Of a stretch of 64,000 bases of DNA, positions 9,872 through 19,619 are shown one piece after another. The notes under the pieces are model-generated. The model saw only the letters and a list, made by a program, of their open reading frames with translations. It did not search any database and was not told the DNA's origin. The translations under genes and the position numbers were made by a program. The stretch's first letter is position 1, and every line of letters starts with the position of its first letter. This stretch comes from Bdellovibrionota bacterium. GTDB taxonomy: Bacteria; Bdellovibrionota_C; UBA2361; OMII01. The DNA lies in contig JBIJBE010000009.1 of assembly GCA_044345405.1 (NCBI GenBank), positions 28,773 to 92,772 on the forward strand. Direction: 5' to 3'.

Positions 9872-11608
9872 CTAACTCCATAGCGCCTGTTGTCTTTCAG
9901 CGATGTCAGCGCGAAGCTGCTCTATTCGCTCTTGGATTTCGAAAATATCGCGATGCACTTGGGTTACTCTTTCTGTTTCATCAACATCAGGCACAGGGAT
10001 CGGCAGTGACTTCAAATCCTGTGCCGAAAGAGTTTGCATCGCTCCTTGTATTTGTTTGCTCTTTATCAAGCTCTGTCCAACCCTCGATCTCAGGAACTGG
10101 GTGACAAATTGGGGTGAGAGTTGGGACGAACCTAACTTTGGACGCAAGGTAACGAAAACCTGCCCAGCAAACCAAATGCCCTCGTGCTCTGGCACAATCG
10201 CAACATGGCCAACGCTACCTTTTACCGATAGGAGGACATCTCCAGGCATCAAGGCCAGCTTGCCTATTTTTTTCATCAGGTCAAATCCGACCTTGCGTCG
10301 TTTTTGGGGAGTTCTTATGTCCCCGATCTCTGTAATATCCGAGATTGAGACCTCGTAAATATCTTCGCCACCCCCTGCGCTATCGGACAAAGCAGGCGCA
10401 CGTTGGATCTCTATGAGTTCATCCAACTCCGCACATTTTCTATCGGAAAAAAATTCCTCTACCTCCTTGTTGGTTTCCGTAGAAACATACCTTGAGGGAT
10501 CCATGTTATAGAGGTTTCGCTCAATCTCGCTCGGCTCAACGATTTTAAACAGATCCCCATTTTGCCTTTTCTGATAGGCCTCTAGAATTCTTCGCAGCCC
10601 CTCTCGTTCACCATATTTCTTAAAAACCTCAGCCGCGTCAGCCATGAAAACGCCCTCGGTTGGATTGAACGCGCTACCCCTCAGAACGACGATCGCTGCT
10701 GGAATACGAGTCTGCGATAAGCTGCCAACTGGAAGTTTGATGATAGCTTCGATTGCCCGCTCGCCCAGCAACAGCCGTTTGAATTCTCTCTCCTCCGTGG
10801 TAGTGCGTGAGAGACTAGCTGCTGGCAGCACAATTACAGCCCGTCTCTTGGCTCTCTCCCGCGCGTCCAATATTGCTATGTTTTCAAAGAATCGACCCCG
10901 ATAAGGGTACTTATCACTCAGCTTGCGGGCACTCTCAGGCCTAATCTTGAAGCCCACCGGAGGTGCCGAAAACACCACATCGTAAATCTTCCCGTGTTCC
11001 TGCTCTAAGACCTCTTCTGCATGGAGGGTTGAGATATCAACCTGCATATCAAAGAGCCAGCTATAAAGGGTTGCAAGGAAAGCGTTGTCACTTTCCTCAA
11101 CGGTCACAGACACGCGCTTATCCTCGAGACTCTCAACCAAGTCAAAGGCCGCGGTGAACATACAGCCCGCAGCATCTCCCATTTTCAGCTCGCCCAATCG
11201 AACACAAAGTTCGCTGGCAATCGGATTAATATACCGAGAGAACTTATCTGATCGATTGGTCTTGCGCGCCTCGTCCCAAAGGAAACGGAGGTTAGAGACA
11301 TTCGTAGCTAGCTCTTGGGCGAGTTCAAGCGCCATTCCGAGATGGTACTCACTCAGGTACTGATAGACACTGAAGACATTAACGAACTTCGAGGAGACCT
11401 TATCCTTTACAGAGCCGGCATATTCAAAAGCGGATGTGGTTCCCCGGGAAAAAGGAGGAACAGCGGCCTTTCGAAAGGTAGCACACAAAACAAGTAGAAA
11501 GAGATGAGAGTCATGGAGCGTTACCTTATCTCTCAACTCATCTAAGACGCGAAACACTCGTCGCTGATTTGATTCATCGAGGGATTTTTTTGTTGGTAGA
11601 TCATTCAT
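9872..11608 (-). CDS. Degenerate N6-methylase-fold protein fused to a C-terminal type I TRD (M-S fusion)
   Basis: YDVVFSAPPVG (motif IV NPP changed to APP), RAVIVLP, IEAIIKLP; C-terminal GDVLLSVKGSVG and LKSLPIPVP. Start placed at ATG 11608 with GGAG upstream. Confidence 0.75.
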   Translation of the reverse strand: MNDLPTKKSLDESNQRRVFRVLDELRDKVTLHDSHLFLLVLCATFRKAAVPPFSRGTTSAFEYAGSVKDKVSSKFVNVFSVYQYLSEYHLGMALELAQELATNVSNLRFLWDEARKTNRSDKFSRYINPIASELCVRLGELKMGDAAGCMFTAAFDLVESLEDKRVSVTVEESDNAFLATLYSWLFDMQVDISTLHAEEVLEQEHGKIYDVVFSAPPVGFKIRPESARKLSDKYPYRGRFFENIAILDARERAKRRAVIVLPAASLSRTTTEEREFKRLLLGERAIEAIIKLPVGSLSQTRIPAAIVVLRGSAFNPTEGVFMADAAEVFKKYGEREGLRRILEAYQKRQNGDLFKIVEPSEIERNLYNMDPSRYVSTETNKEVEEFFSDRKCAELDELIEIQRAPALSDSAGGGEDIYEVSISDITEIGDIRTPQKRRKVGFDLMKKIGKLALMPGDVLLSVKGSVGHVAIVPEHEGIWFAGQVFVTLRPKLGSSQLSPQFVTQFLRSRVGQSLIKSKQIQGAMQTLSAQDLKSLPIPVPDVDETERVTQVHRDIFEIQERIEQLRADIAERQQALWS

Positions 11609-11621
11609 AGGATTCTCCGAA

Positions 11622-11873
11622 CTAATTGAAAAGCTTATACGTTGTGATCTCAGTATTTCCACTTGTGACAACCACGAGCCCACCACTTTGAGTGGCCTTG
11701 AGAGCAATTCTCTTTAACTTCTCGGCCATCTCAACAAGACCGAGCGCCGCTTTGCGAGTCAGAATGCACCTGTTGTCATGACTAGGCTCCCCGTACTGCA
11801 TAACCAACCGGACCATCTCTTCACTAATAGCCCGTTGGCTCATCCGCGCTTTCATGTGGTTTGTCTTGCTCAT
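11622..11873 (-). CDS. DUF4258-like small protein
   Basis: MSKTNHMKARMSQRAIS..V..YG pattern; GGAGG RBS before ATG 11873; 13 bp upstream of the M-S fusion. Confidence 0.65.
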   Translation of the reverse strand: MSKTNHMKARMSQRAISEEMVRLVMQYGEPSHDNRCILTRKAALGLVEMAEKLKRIALKATQSGGLVVVTSGNTEITTYKLFN

Positions 11874-12293
11874 AGAGTCCTCCAATCTCAGAACTCGACA
11901 AAGGTACACCACACAACACCCATTGTAAATGCCGTACTTTCGCTTCAATGCGCTTACTGAAAGCCCTCAGGAAGGGAGTAAAGAGACATTTAGCATTTAT
12001 TTTTAGTAGGTTACGAATCTAAGGTTGGTAGTTAAGGGGGGGGGATAAAAAATTTTACCTCTATCCCTCTAGCAGTGTTCCCGCGCGTTTCAACGGTGAG
12101 AAACGTTCGCCAGGTACCAGATTGTCGAGCATCTCGGCGGTACAGACATCGCTTAACAGATGCACCGGCATCCCCCGAATCCTGCCCGCCTTGCCTCCAT
12201 TCCTCGTCTAACAACGCTTACATAGGAGAACATTTTTGAGGGAACCTATTTGGACAATATCGAAAACTCACCGACTAAATAGAGGCACGTTGA

Positions 12294-12821
12294 ATGACGC
12301 AACACCCCTTTGGGACCACGGAACAGCGAGAAGCAAAAGAAATAGTTCTGTTTATAAGGGAGTACAACCTCATTGAACCAGGCGCTCCATGGACCGCTTC
12401 TACACATCGAGATCGCCCCGATTTTATCATAACCAGCGAAAGCAATTTTGAAGAGCGAGCAGTCGAGCTGACTTCAGTCTACCTCGACGATAAGAGCGTG
12501 GCACGAGATCATGTTCGACGGTTGAGAGGCCCGATACCGATACCTTACGACGCTCGCAAAGTGGAAAGATATAAGGCACGGATCATTCGCGCAGTAGAGA
12601 AGAAGTGTCGTTCTTTCGCTGATGGATTCGGAGGACGAACCGCCGTCCTATCTGTTTATTTGAACGAATATATCGCAATCCATATGAGCCAAGAGGACTT
12701 ATTTGAACTCTTACTCATTCATCTTCCGCGGGTCGCTGGAAGAGTCCCTTTCAATCAGATCTTACTGTGGGGAGGCTGTCCGGATACGCCCGCTGTCTAC
12801 TCCCGTGACCAATGCACGTAG
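12294..12821 (+). CDS. Hypothetical protein, PD-(D/E)xK nuclease-like
   Basis: DRPDFII...AVELT motif; GAGG RBS upstream. Confidence 0.55.
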   Translation: MTQHPFGTTEQREAKEIVLFIREYNLIEPGAPWTASTHRDRPDFIITSESNFEERAVELTSVYLDDKSVARDHVRRLRGPIPIPYDARKVERYKARIIRAVEKKCRSFADGFGGRTAVLSVYLNEYIAIHMSQEDLFELLLIHLPRVAGRVPFNQILLWGGCPDTPAVYSRDQCT

Positions 12822-13179
12822 TAGCTATCGCCCCAAGCTATTAATACAACCCACCTCAACAACCATTCTCCCGAGCGTATCAGCCATGGGCCCAAAATCG
12901 GATATAGTTTCAGGTGCTCTGCGTTAATCCAGAGCTTCCGCTGACATAGCAAAGCACCCCGTACCAGAGCCCAGTCACTCCTGAAGAGTTGGAGAGACTT
13001 TTACCAAAGAGCGCTCAAGTATGCAGGCCCTTGGTCCGGCCGAGGTCCAGCAGTAGATTCAAGCCAGCAATGAGCTGTCCGCTGGGGTCCTCTAGATTCC
13101 CCCCTTCCATTTGGCAAGTTGGTTCGTCCGATACCTCGTGAGTTCAAGGGGCTCCCCTTAGGGAAAGGTCAGGCGCAAA

Positions 13180-13812
13180 TCAGCTGTCCGCCGGCTCCTC
13201 AAATTGCTCCCCCTCCATTCGGCGTCTGCGTTCGTCCAACAGCTCCCCTTCGAACATCCAGTAAGCGGACCCACTGGCTGCGATTGTGCTGTAACCGAGC
13301 TGGTGCAATGTTTTCAACGCTGCTGCTGATGGACTCAAGACCTCACCGTTAAGGAGAACTTTCCCCTCTGGCAGTACCTCGGCCGTTATCGCCTCATCGC
13401 GCGAAAAAGTCAGCAAAGCCCCGGGATGGATCCCCAGCGCGCTCAATTTGATATTTGGCCGACGCGCTCTGACCTTTTCTAAGGCTTTGCGTTCCTCAAT
13501 GTCGATTTCCAGGCTGCCCGGTGTGACCTCCCGGAAATCACCGATGCTGAGCGCCAGCACCACCTTCTCGGGATCCAACCTAAAGAACTCCCGCTTGGGG
13601 TTGATTCGATGCTCGGCAAAGAGCTGGTGCAAAATCTTCTCGATCCGACTGCTATCTGAAACCTCCGCGGCAAAGTAGCACTCGAACGGGAGTGGAACGC
13701 CCGAATGAGCACTTAGCTGTGCAACCCGTGACTCTACACTATCGGTGGTGAGCCCAACTTTCACCAGGCCCGGCATCGCTTCATTTGTAAGGACGTACAC
13801 TATCTCTGCCAT
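13180..13812 (-). CDS. GIY-YIG nuclease, T5orf172/MUG113-like
   Basis: VYVLTNEAMPGLVKVGLT...R..L..SGVPLPF...E..LH...REFF. Confidence 0.88.
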   Translation of the reverse strand: MAEIVYVLTNEAMPGLVKVGLTTDSVESRVAQLSAHSGVPLPFECYFAAEVSDSSRIEKILHQLFAEHRINPKREFFRLDPEKVVLALSIGDFREVTPGSLEIDIEERKALEKVRARRPNIKLSALGIHPGALLTFSRDEAITAEVLPEGKVLLNGEVLSPSAAALKTLHQLGYSTIAASGSAYWMFEGELLDERRRRMEGEQFEEPADS

Positions 13813-14019
13813 TTTCCTCCGAGCCTACAGTCCGGCCAATTCGTGAAAAACAATAGTCGTGGGACGATTTGAAAGCAATTTCCTGGCGCTCCTGCCCCCG
13901 ATTATCAAGTTCATTCTACCCGACTATGGGCTCCACACCTACCGTTGATACCAGCTAGAAGAAACTCTCAAACCAGACGCTCCACCGTTTTGAGGAGCGA
14001 TGAACCTCCATCCCCTAAA

Positions 14020-14718
14020 CTACTCAATATTATCCCTCTTCTCCAAATTATGCCGGGCGCACAGCAACTGAATGTTTTCAGCGCGAAGCGAAGTCCCCCC
14101 TTTCGAGAAAGGGACGATATGGTCGAAATGCAGTTCATCGGTCGCTCCACAGGTGACACACCGTCCGCCGTCGCGGCGCCATACCTCTAACTTGACCGGG
14201 GTTGGAATAATTCGGCTTCGTTGCGCCTGATAGTGTGGCGGCTCTTCAGCTGCAAACTCATTCGAGACCTGCTCGATCGCTACAAGTTTAAACTTAAAGA
14301 CGTTACGAGCTCCGTCGTGCTCAATCCACGAATCCACGAGGTGAAAGAAGCCGTTATCGATCCAGATTCCTTTGTGAATCTTCTCGTATACCTGAACGAT
14401 ATCAGCGCCCTTCGTTCCGGCTTTGAACTCCTGAGCGGCGTGGTGGAATTTTCCGTTCTCGGTTAGGCCCCCACGAGGTTGTCGCTCAGGTTGATCGAGC
14501 GCTTTAGGATCGGGGCCGCCGCGACGCGCTGGCTCGTCATGCCCCTCGTAGATCAAAACGGCCCCGTCCTCTTCAACTCGGTCCTGATATGGCGAGTTGG
14601 TCCTCACAGACATTAGGATGACAGAGTGTCTCCCCCGTAAGCGAAAATTCATGCCACGCTGAAGGGCGGCGCCCTCCTTTTGGCACATGTCGTAGTATGG
14701 GATTACGGTTCCTCGCAC
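14020..14718 (-). CDS. HNH endonuclease with SRA/PUA-like N-terminal domain (candidate modification-dependent nuclease)
   Basis: C-terminal RDGGRCVTCG...HFDHIVPFSKGG...NIQLLCARHN; N-terminal YQD...LIYEG...VYEK...VFKFKL. Confidence 0.8.
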   Translation of the reverse strand: MRGTVIPYYDMCQKEGAALQRGMNFRLRGRHSVILMSVRTNSPYQDRVEEDGAVLIYEGHDEPARRGGPDPKALDQPERQPRGGLTENGKFHHAAQEFKAGTKGADIVQVYEKIHKGIWIDNGFFHLVDSWIEHDGARNVFKFKLVAIEQVSNEFAAEEPPHYQAQRSRIIPTPVKLEVWRRDGGRCVTCGATDELHFDHIVPFSKGGTSLRAENIQLLCARHNLEKRDNIE

Positions 14719-14879
14719 AGTGGACCTCTACAGCAACCCCTCGCGCACCGGGATGCGGGGGGCTCTTATACCGGGCAAAAGAGTACCGCATGGACTCCCG
14801 CGACTCAATCAGGGCACGGCACCGCTAAAACGCTCGTCTTTCGAGAGAGCCCAAGCGGTGAACCTTGGGATCAGCTCCC

Positions 14880-15674
14880 CTAATTCAACGCCGCATCCGG
14901 AGCATTCGCTAAGATAAACGCCATAGCCAGGTCGGTTTGCGTTGGTGACACTACGGCGACAGCACCCGGTGCGATCGGTATACACTGACGAGTCTCTGAT
15001 ACGGCAAAAGAGAAGCTCGTGACCGCGATAATGCCCCACTGCCCCTGATTGTTCTTTGCCAGGATAGGTCCGCCCGAATCGCCTTTACAGGTATTCCCCT
15101 TCCCGTCAGTTACGGCTTCGTAGAAGTATCCATTCGTGGCACTCGCGAAGGTGAGATAGGTTGCCTTGAGCGGTGTCTCTCCTGCCTCTGCTCGGTCAAG
15201 CGCTCCACGTCCGTTTTCATCAACTCCGTAGCCGTAGGCGACAAGCTCCGCACCGGGACTTGGAGCGCCCGAGGATACGAGCAAGGAAGCCGGCGATACC
15301 GGCATTGGCTCTGCGACCTTTATTATCGCTAGATCAAATGAACGTAAGGTCCCGCGAAATTGAGGATGGATGGAATAGCTAGAGGCGATGCGGCCAAACT
15401 GGGGGGTGGCGACCTCTATCTGAGAGGGACGGTCAGCAACACAGTGCGCCGCCGTGAGAATAGCAGTCTGGGATATCGCGGTGCCCGTGCAGAAGGACGT
15501 CGCACCTCCTTTATGCATTGCGAGCAACACAACGGGCGATGCACCTGACTCACACGACTCACCACCATTCACTTTTAGGGTCGAGCATGCGCTGGAACCG
15601 CCCCCTCCTCCACCCCCACAACCGAACAAAAGAACGCTCGTGAATAAAATGAGAAATGTATTTGCCGTCTTCAT
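14880..15674 (-). CDS. Trypsin-like (S1) serine protease lipoprotein
   Basis: Lipobox LLFGC, then TAAHC, DLAI and GDSGGP; start placed at MKTANTF. Confidence 0.92.
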   Translation of the reverse strand: MKTANTFLILFTSVLLFGCGGGGGGGSSACSTLKVNGGESCESGASPVVLLAMHKGGATSFCTGTAISQTAILTAAHCVADRPSQIEVATPQFGRIASSYSIHPQFRGTLRSFDLAIIKVAEPMPVSPASLLVSSGAPSPGAELVAYGYGVDENGRGALDRAEAGETPLKATYLTFASATNGYFYEAVTDGKGNTCKGDSGGPILAKNNQGQWGIIAVTSFSFAVSETRQCIPIAPGAVAVVSPTQTDLAMAFILANAPDAALN

Positions 15675-15947
15675 AGGGGAGCCTTTGTATCCTTTCTGGA
15701 TGTGTCGCACACGGCGAACCATCTTCATCATTTGACGCGCCGGAGCGAGTCCTCGTGGTTGAGGACTTTAGTCATGGAGGAAGGGGGAAGCCATCGGGTG
15801 TACCAGGTGATGAGTCACCTTAGTGGAGTCCCACGACGATGAGTCCTCCAAACATTTCCGATTCCAGTCCGACATCAATTCTGCATGTCACGACGAAAGA
15901 TGAGTGTTACTTCTCTGACTCGCCTACCAAACAAGGAGCTCTGACAT

Positions 15948-16562
15948 ATGTTCCGAATAAAACTTCTGTTCTTCTCCGGGGCGAGCATCGAACTTATCCG
16001 TGTTGACTTCGCTCATGGCTCACACCCGGTCATTACCTCCATACGGGGCAAGACTGACGGGGCATATCGTGGGGCTGGTACGTTTCAATGGTCGTCGGCC
16101 GTTCGCGCGGTAGCTTCCATATTCCTAAAAGCAAAGCTCATAGAGGACCTCGTGCCTGGCGAGCCGATGTTGACTGGGGAGGAACGCTCCCTTGCGGCAT
16201 CTTTGGACTACGCTCTTACGAAGAGACCGAATTGGTTGCTGGATATGTTTGGGGTATCGGCCAACGGAACATCCACAGCCAGGCGGCTATTCAAAGTTTC
16301 AAACTCACATCGAAAGCGAGGTGGTGCCGTGTCGTTATCACTCAATCTATACGCATGCCCCCCTCACTGCGTAGAGATCTTTCTTGATGGAAAGGAGGTA
16401 CAAAGGCCGGAAGTGTTTCGACAGATGCTTGCGAACATAGAATCCTATCGTCCAGGACATCGGTCCTCGGAAGGCGTCAGAGAGAGTAGATCCTCCAAAA
16501 CGCGATGTCGGGAACTCGACAAAACGGACGAGGAGCCAGTGCTTGCAATCGGCTCGTGGTAG
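15948..16562 (+). CDS. Unknown protein, SLAASLDYA-domain paralogue 1
   Basis: AAGGAG RBS; full-length similarity to 16886..18055 and 37019..37558. Confidence 0.85.
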   Translation: MFRIKLLFFSGASIELIRVDFAHGSHPVITSIRGKTDGAYRGAGTFQWSSAVRAVASIFLKAKLIEDLVPGEPMLTGEERSLAASLDYALTKRPNWLLDMFGVSANGTSTARRLFKVSNSHRKRGGAVSLSLNLYACPPHCVEIFLDGKEVQRPEVFRQMLANIESYRPGHRSSEGVRESRSSKTRCRELDKTDEEPVLAIGSW

Positions 16563-16643
16563 ACGGGTATCGTGGAATATCAGACCGTTACACCAAATGG
16601 GGCGAATGACCTCTATAGCGGTGCGCGGTCACTTTTTCCCTTA

Positions 16644-16672
16644 GAAACTATACCGGTCTGCGGTATAGTTTC
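16644..16672. promoter_or_regulatory. Perfect 12-bp inverted repeat GAAACTATACCG-N5-CGGTATAGTTTC
   Basis: Read directly; lies between paralogues 1 and 2; function unknown. Confidence 0.5.
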
Positions 16673-16828
16673 GCTCACCTCACAAGCCGCCCCTTCCTCT
16701 TCAACCGCATGTGTCCGGGCAGCCTCGTCATTCCGCTTGCAGGGGGTTATCTCTCTTTCTCATTTGATCTCGTGGAAAGAGAACTACCGAAAAGACTTCG
16801 GAATCAACGTGCGAACGGAACTCTTTCC

Positions 16829-16856
16829 TTGACGTCAGATAAGCATTCGGTACCAT
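16829..16856 (+). promoter_or_regulatory. Putative sigma-70 promoter (TTGACG-N16-TACCAT)
   Basis: Near-consensus -35/-10 about 30 bp upstream of ATG 16886. Confidence 0.4.
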
Positions 16857-16885
16857 CTCCAGCACAACGCCTAGAGGTGGGTACC

Positions 16886-18055
16886 ATGACTCAAATTGAC
16901 CTCTATTTTCGAAGCTGTGATGACTCGCTACCTGCGTTGGTCGAAGTAGCCTTTCGACGAAATGGCGATTCTCCAGTTCTTCGAACCGTTCGCGGCAAGT
17001 TTTGTTATATCGTTCCCGCGGGTGGAAGTTTTCAGTGGACCCGTGCGGTCAAGGCACTCACGGTGCTTCTCCTTCGGACCGCCCTGCACGGCAACAGCGC
17101 GGTAATTCAGGGAGAAGCTGGAAGCTTAGCGGCATCACTCGATTACGCGCTGTCCAAAGAGCCGACATGGCTCTCCGAAATGTTTGGAGCCGACGCTCAA
17201 GGGAGAGCTTTTGCGAGACGCCTGTTCTATCGAACTAATCCTGAGAGAAAGCGTTCAGGCCCCGTCATTATTAACCTCAATCCAGCCATCGTGAAGGCAC
17301 CACAAATTCAGATATATGTGGACGGTACTAAGATGCCGCCGTCTCCAAACCTTGAGATGATTCTCAAGCGATTCGAATCAGTGGAAAAAATTGAGGGAAA
17401 AAGTGAGCTCCGTAGCCGAGAGGCGGGGAACAGCTCGCTGGAGGGGGAAACGTCAGACCGAGTGCTCGTGGGAATTGCGGACCTCCTTGAACGAACGAGT
17501 TCCTCAAGGAATCTCTCGCTCAAGGTGACCGAGGACGGACTTGTCACATCCTTCGCCTCACTAGCTGAGGCCGATACCGTTCTTCCGTCTCTGATGGATA
17601 TGTGTACCGGCGAGTCAAAGGGCTCGACGATGTATTGGTATTTAAACCACGCTTGGTGGCCCTTGATATCACCACTCTACTGTTTTCGACACACCGAAGC
17701 CTCACGATCGGTACATACAAATGTGAGCTATGTTTCCCCCTCGTCGGGCGCAACCGATCGATATGTTTCAAATTTCTACGCCAACTCCGGAATTCCAAGC
17801 CGATTGGGAGCTTCCTCCTTCTTAGAGCACGACACCTGGCTGTTCAACGATTACGTTATTGAGCAGGTCTTTCCCGCGGAACTTCGAAAGGAGATCGATG
17901 CATTCCTCAGCCAAACTCAAAAGCTTGAGGCGTTCAACCCAGTTTCCTTTATCCGTAACTTTTTAGAGGCTGACGCAAAGATCGAACTGAGAGTAAGAAA
18001 AATGTCAGACGCCGCCCCCCTGCGGGCGGCGTTTGAACAAGCGATGAGGTGGTAA
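16886..18055 (+). CDS. Unknown protein, SLAASLDYA-domain paralogue 2 with an extra C-terminal domain
   Basis: Start placed at MTQIDL (GAGGT RBS), matching the paralogue N-termini; about 200 aa of extra C-terminal sequence. Confidence 0.85.
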   Translation: MTQIDLYFRSCDDSLPALVEVAFRRNGDSPVLRTVRGKFCYIVPAGGSFQWTRAVKALTVLLLRTALHGNSAVIQGEAGSLAASLDYALSKEPTWLSEMFGADAQGRAFARRLFYRTNPERKRSGPVIINLNPAIVKAPQIQIYVDGTKMPPSPNLEMILKRFESVEKIEGKSELRSREAGNSSLEGETSDRVLVGIADLLERTSSSRNLSLKVTEDGLVTSFASLAEADTVLPSLMDMCTGESKGSTMYWYLNHAWWPLISPLYCFRHTEASRSVHTNVSYVSPSSGATDRYVSNFYANSGIPSRLGASSFLEHDTWLFNDYVIEQVFPAELRKEIDAFLSQTQKLEAFNPVSFIRNFLEADAKIELRVRKMSDAAPLRAAFEQAMRW

Positions 18056-18056
18056 C

Positions 18057-18731
18057 ATGATCGAATCAAAGCAAGGGAGTCCTTTTTTTATGAGCGAAAG
18101 AACCGAGCATGCAACGATGCCGCCACGAGAACCGGACGCGGCCTGCCCCTTCGGACCGGGACTTCAAAAGTACTGGGACCTTCTCTCCCCAGAGGAGAAG
18201 AGGATGCAAATGGATATCCCCGGGCTCTACTCAATCACGGTGCGCGAACTAGCTCTTCAAATCGCGACGACGTTACATGGGGATTCGGTTTTCGACGCTT
18301 TTTGTGGACTTGGAGGCAACGCGATCGCTTTTGCGTTAGCGGGCAAGAGGGTCATCGCGAGCGAGCTAGACGAAGGGAGACTGGAGATGGCAAAGGCAAA
18401 CGCCGCGCTCGCGGGCGTTTCAGACCGAATCACCTTTGTGCAAGGTGACACACTCTCTCAACTTGGTCGAACTGCATGCGACGCAATATTTCTCGATCCT
18501 CCTTGGGGTGGTCCCCAGTACTCAAAGATCGAAAAATTCAAGCTGAGCTTTTTCTCTCCGGATGGAGAGGGCCTTTTGGAGTCTGCGATTCGAAACTATG
18601 CGGGAGTTGCATTTAAGTTGCCAGGCAATTTCGATTTTAGCGAACTAGACCGTTTCGGAGCTGGTCAGTGGCAGGTGCAGGAGAATCGCTTGAATGGAAA
18701 GTTGCTACACTATACTGCGTATCGGCAGTAG
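18057..18731 (+). CDS. TGS1-like (trimethylguanosine synthase family) SAM-dependent methyltransferase
   Basis: KYW...MD..GLYSIT...A.QIA, DAFCGLGGNAIAFA and DAIFLDPPWGGPQY motifs. Confidence 0.82.
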   Translation: MIESKQGSPFFMSERTEHATMPPREPDAACPFGPGLQKYWDLLSPEEKRMQMDIPGLYSITVRELALQIATTLHGDSVFDAFCGLGGNAIAFALAGKRVIASELDEGRLEMAKANAALAGVSDRITFVQGDTLSQLGRTACDAIFLDPPWGGPQYSKIEKFKLSFFSPDGEGLLESAIRNYAGVAFKLPGNFDFSELDRFGAGQWQVQENRLNGKLLHYTAYRQ

Positions 18732-18932
18732 CGGGCGCCGACTCAAAGCCGCTCTAGGAGTTCAACGTCCCTGAACCAACCGCGCCGGGGAACTGATTAG
18801 CGTTACGGGTATCTCCTTCCCTACTCGCACGGTTGCCCGAAACCTTACCGCACCCTTATCGCAACTTCCCTGGCGGTTCCACGATAACCCCCTACGCTCT
18901 AATCACCCCTTATAATTCTCTCGATTAATTAT

Positions 18933-18942
18933 CGTATATACG
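18933..18942. promoter_or_regulatory. Palindromic operator candidate CGTATATACG upstream of brnT
   Basis: The same GTATATAC core lies upstream of the second brnT (22032..22041). Confidence 0.5.
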
Positions 18943-18947
18943 TTATT

Positions 18948-19229
18948 ATGTTCTCATGGGACCCGGCTAAAGCGGCCGTTAACTACCTGAAGCACAAAGT
19001 GTCTTTTCATGAAGCGATGTCAGTCTTCGCGGATTCACGAGCGTTAGAGAGTCCTGACGTAAAGCATTCTCACCATGAGGCACGGCGCTTTATCGTAGGC
19101 GCTTCGGATCAGGACCGGGTACTCGTAGTGATCTTCACAATACGGAGGCATCGCAGTGGTAACAAAACGCTCAGAATCATCAGCGCGAGGCAAGCGTCCC
19201 GCAAAGAGAGGTCGGCATATGCCAGATAG
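18948..19229 (+). CDS. BrnT family toxin
   Basis: FSWDPAKAAVNYLKHKVSF.EA...E.R...RIISARQA. Confidence 0.92.
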   Translation: MFSWDPAKAAVNYLKHKVSFHEAMSVFADSRALESPDVKHSHHEARRFIVGASDQDRVLVVIFTIRRHRSGNKTLRIISARQASRKERSAYAR

Positions 19230-19446
19230 CAAGATCGATTTCTCGGATGTTCCAGAGCTTAGCGATCGCCAGCTCAAGACCGCTCGCCGAGTCGGGCGTC
19301 CTCGAACTGGGAACGCGAAGCAACTGATCGCCCTACGGATTGCCCCTTCCCTACTTGCCACACTGAGGAGAATAGCGAAGAAGCGGGGGATGCCGTACCA
19401 GACGTTGATGCATGAGATTTTGGAGAGCGCGGCGAAGAAAGGGTAA
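19219..19446 (+). CDS. BrnA/CopG-like antitoxin
   Basis: IDFSDVPEL...GRP...K..I.LR...YQTL; overlaps the brnT stop. Confidence 0.88.
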   Translation: MPDSKIDFSDVPELSDRQLKTARRVGRPRTGNAKQLIALRIAPSLLATLRRIAKKRGMPYQTLMHEILESAAKKG

Positions 19447-19619
19447 TCCAGGTATCTTCCTTATTCGCACCCGTTCTAAACAGATGCAATCGACCTTGAG
19501 GCGACCTCCCCCGGCTCCCCTACATCGCATCCTTCTGAATCCTCGTCATACCGGTACTATGTTTTCGTACTGAATCACGTTGAATCCGGTGATATACTTG
19601 AGGCTCTTTCGGAGGACCT

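Noticed and set aside
15807-15898. Hammerhead ribozyme (GATGAGTC...GACGAAA)
   Set aside because: The core needs CUGAUGA; here it reads GUGAUGA or ACGAUGA, and no convincing stems I/III were found.
16572-16832. 86-aa ORF between paralogues 1 and 2
   Set aside because: Weak RBS, no motif, and it overlaps the inverted repeat and putative promoter; unsupported, though not strictly excluded.
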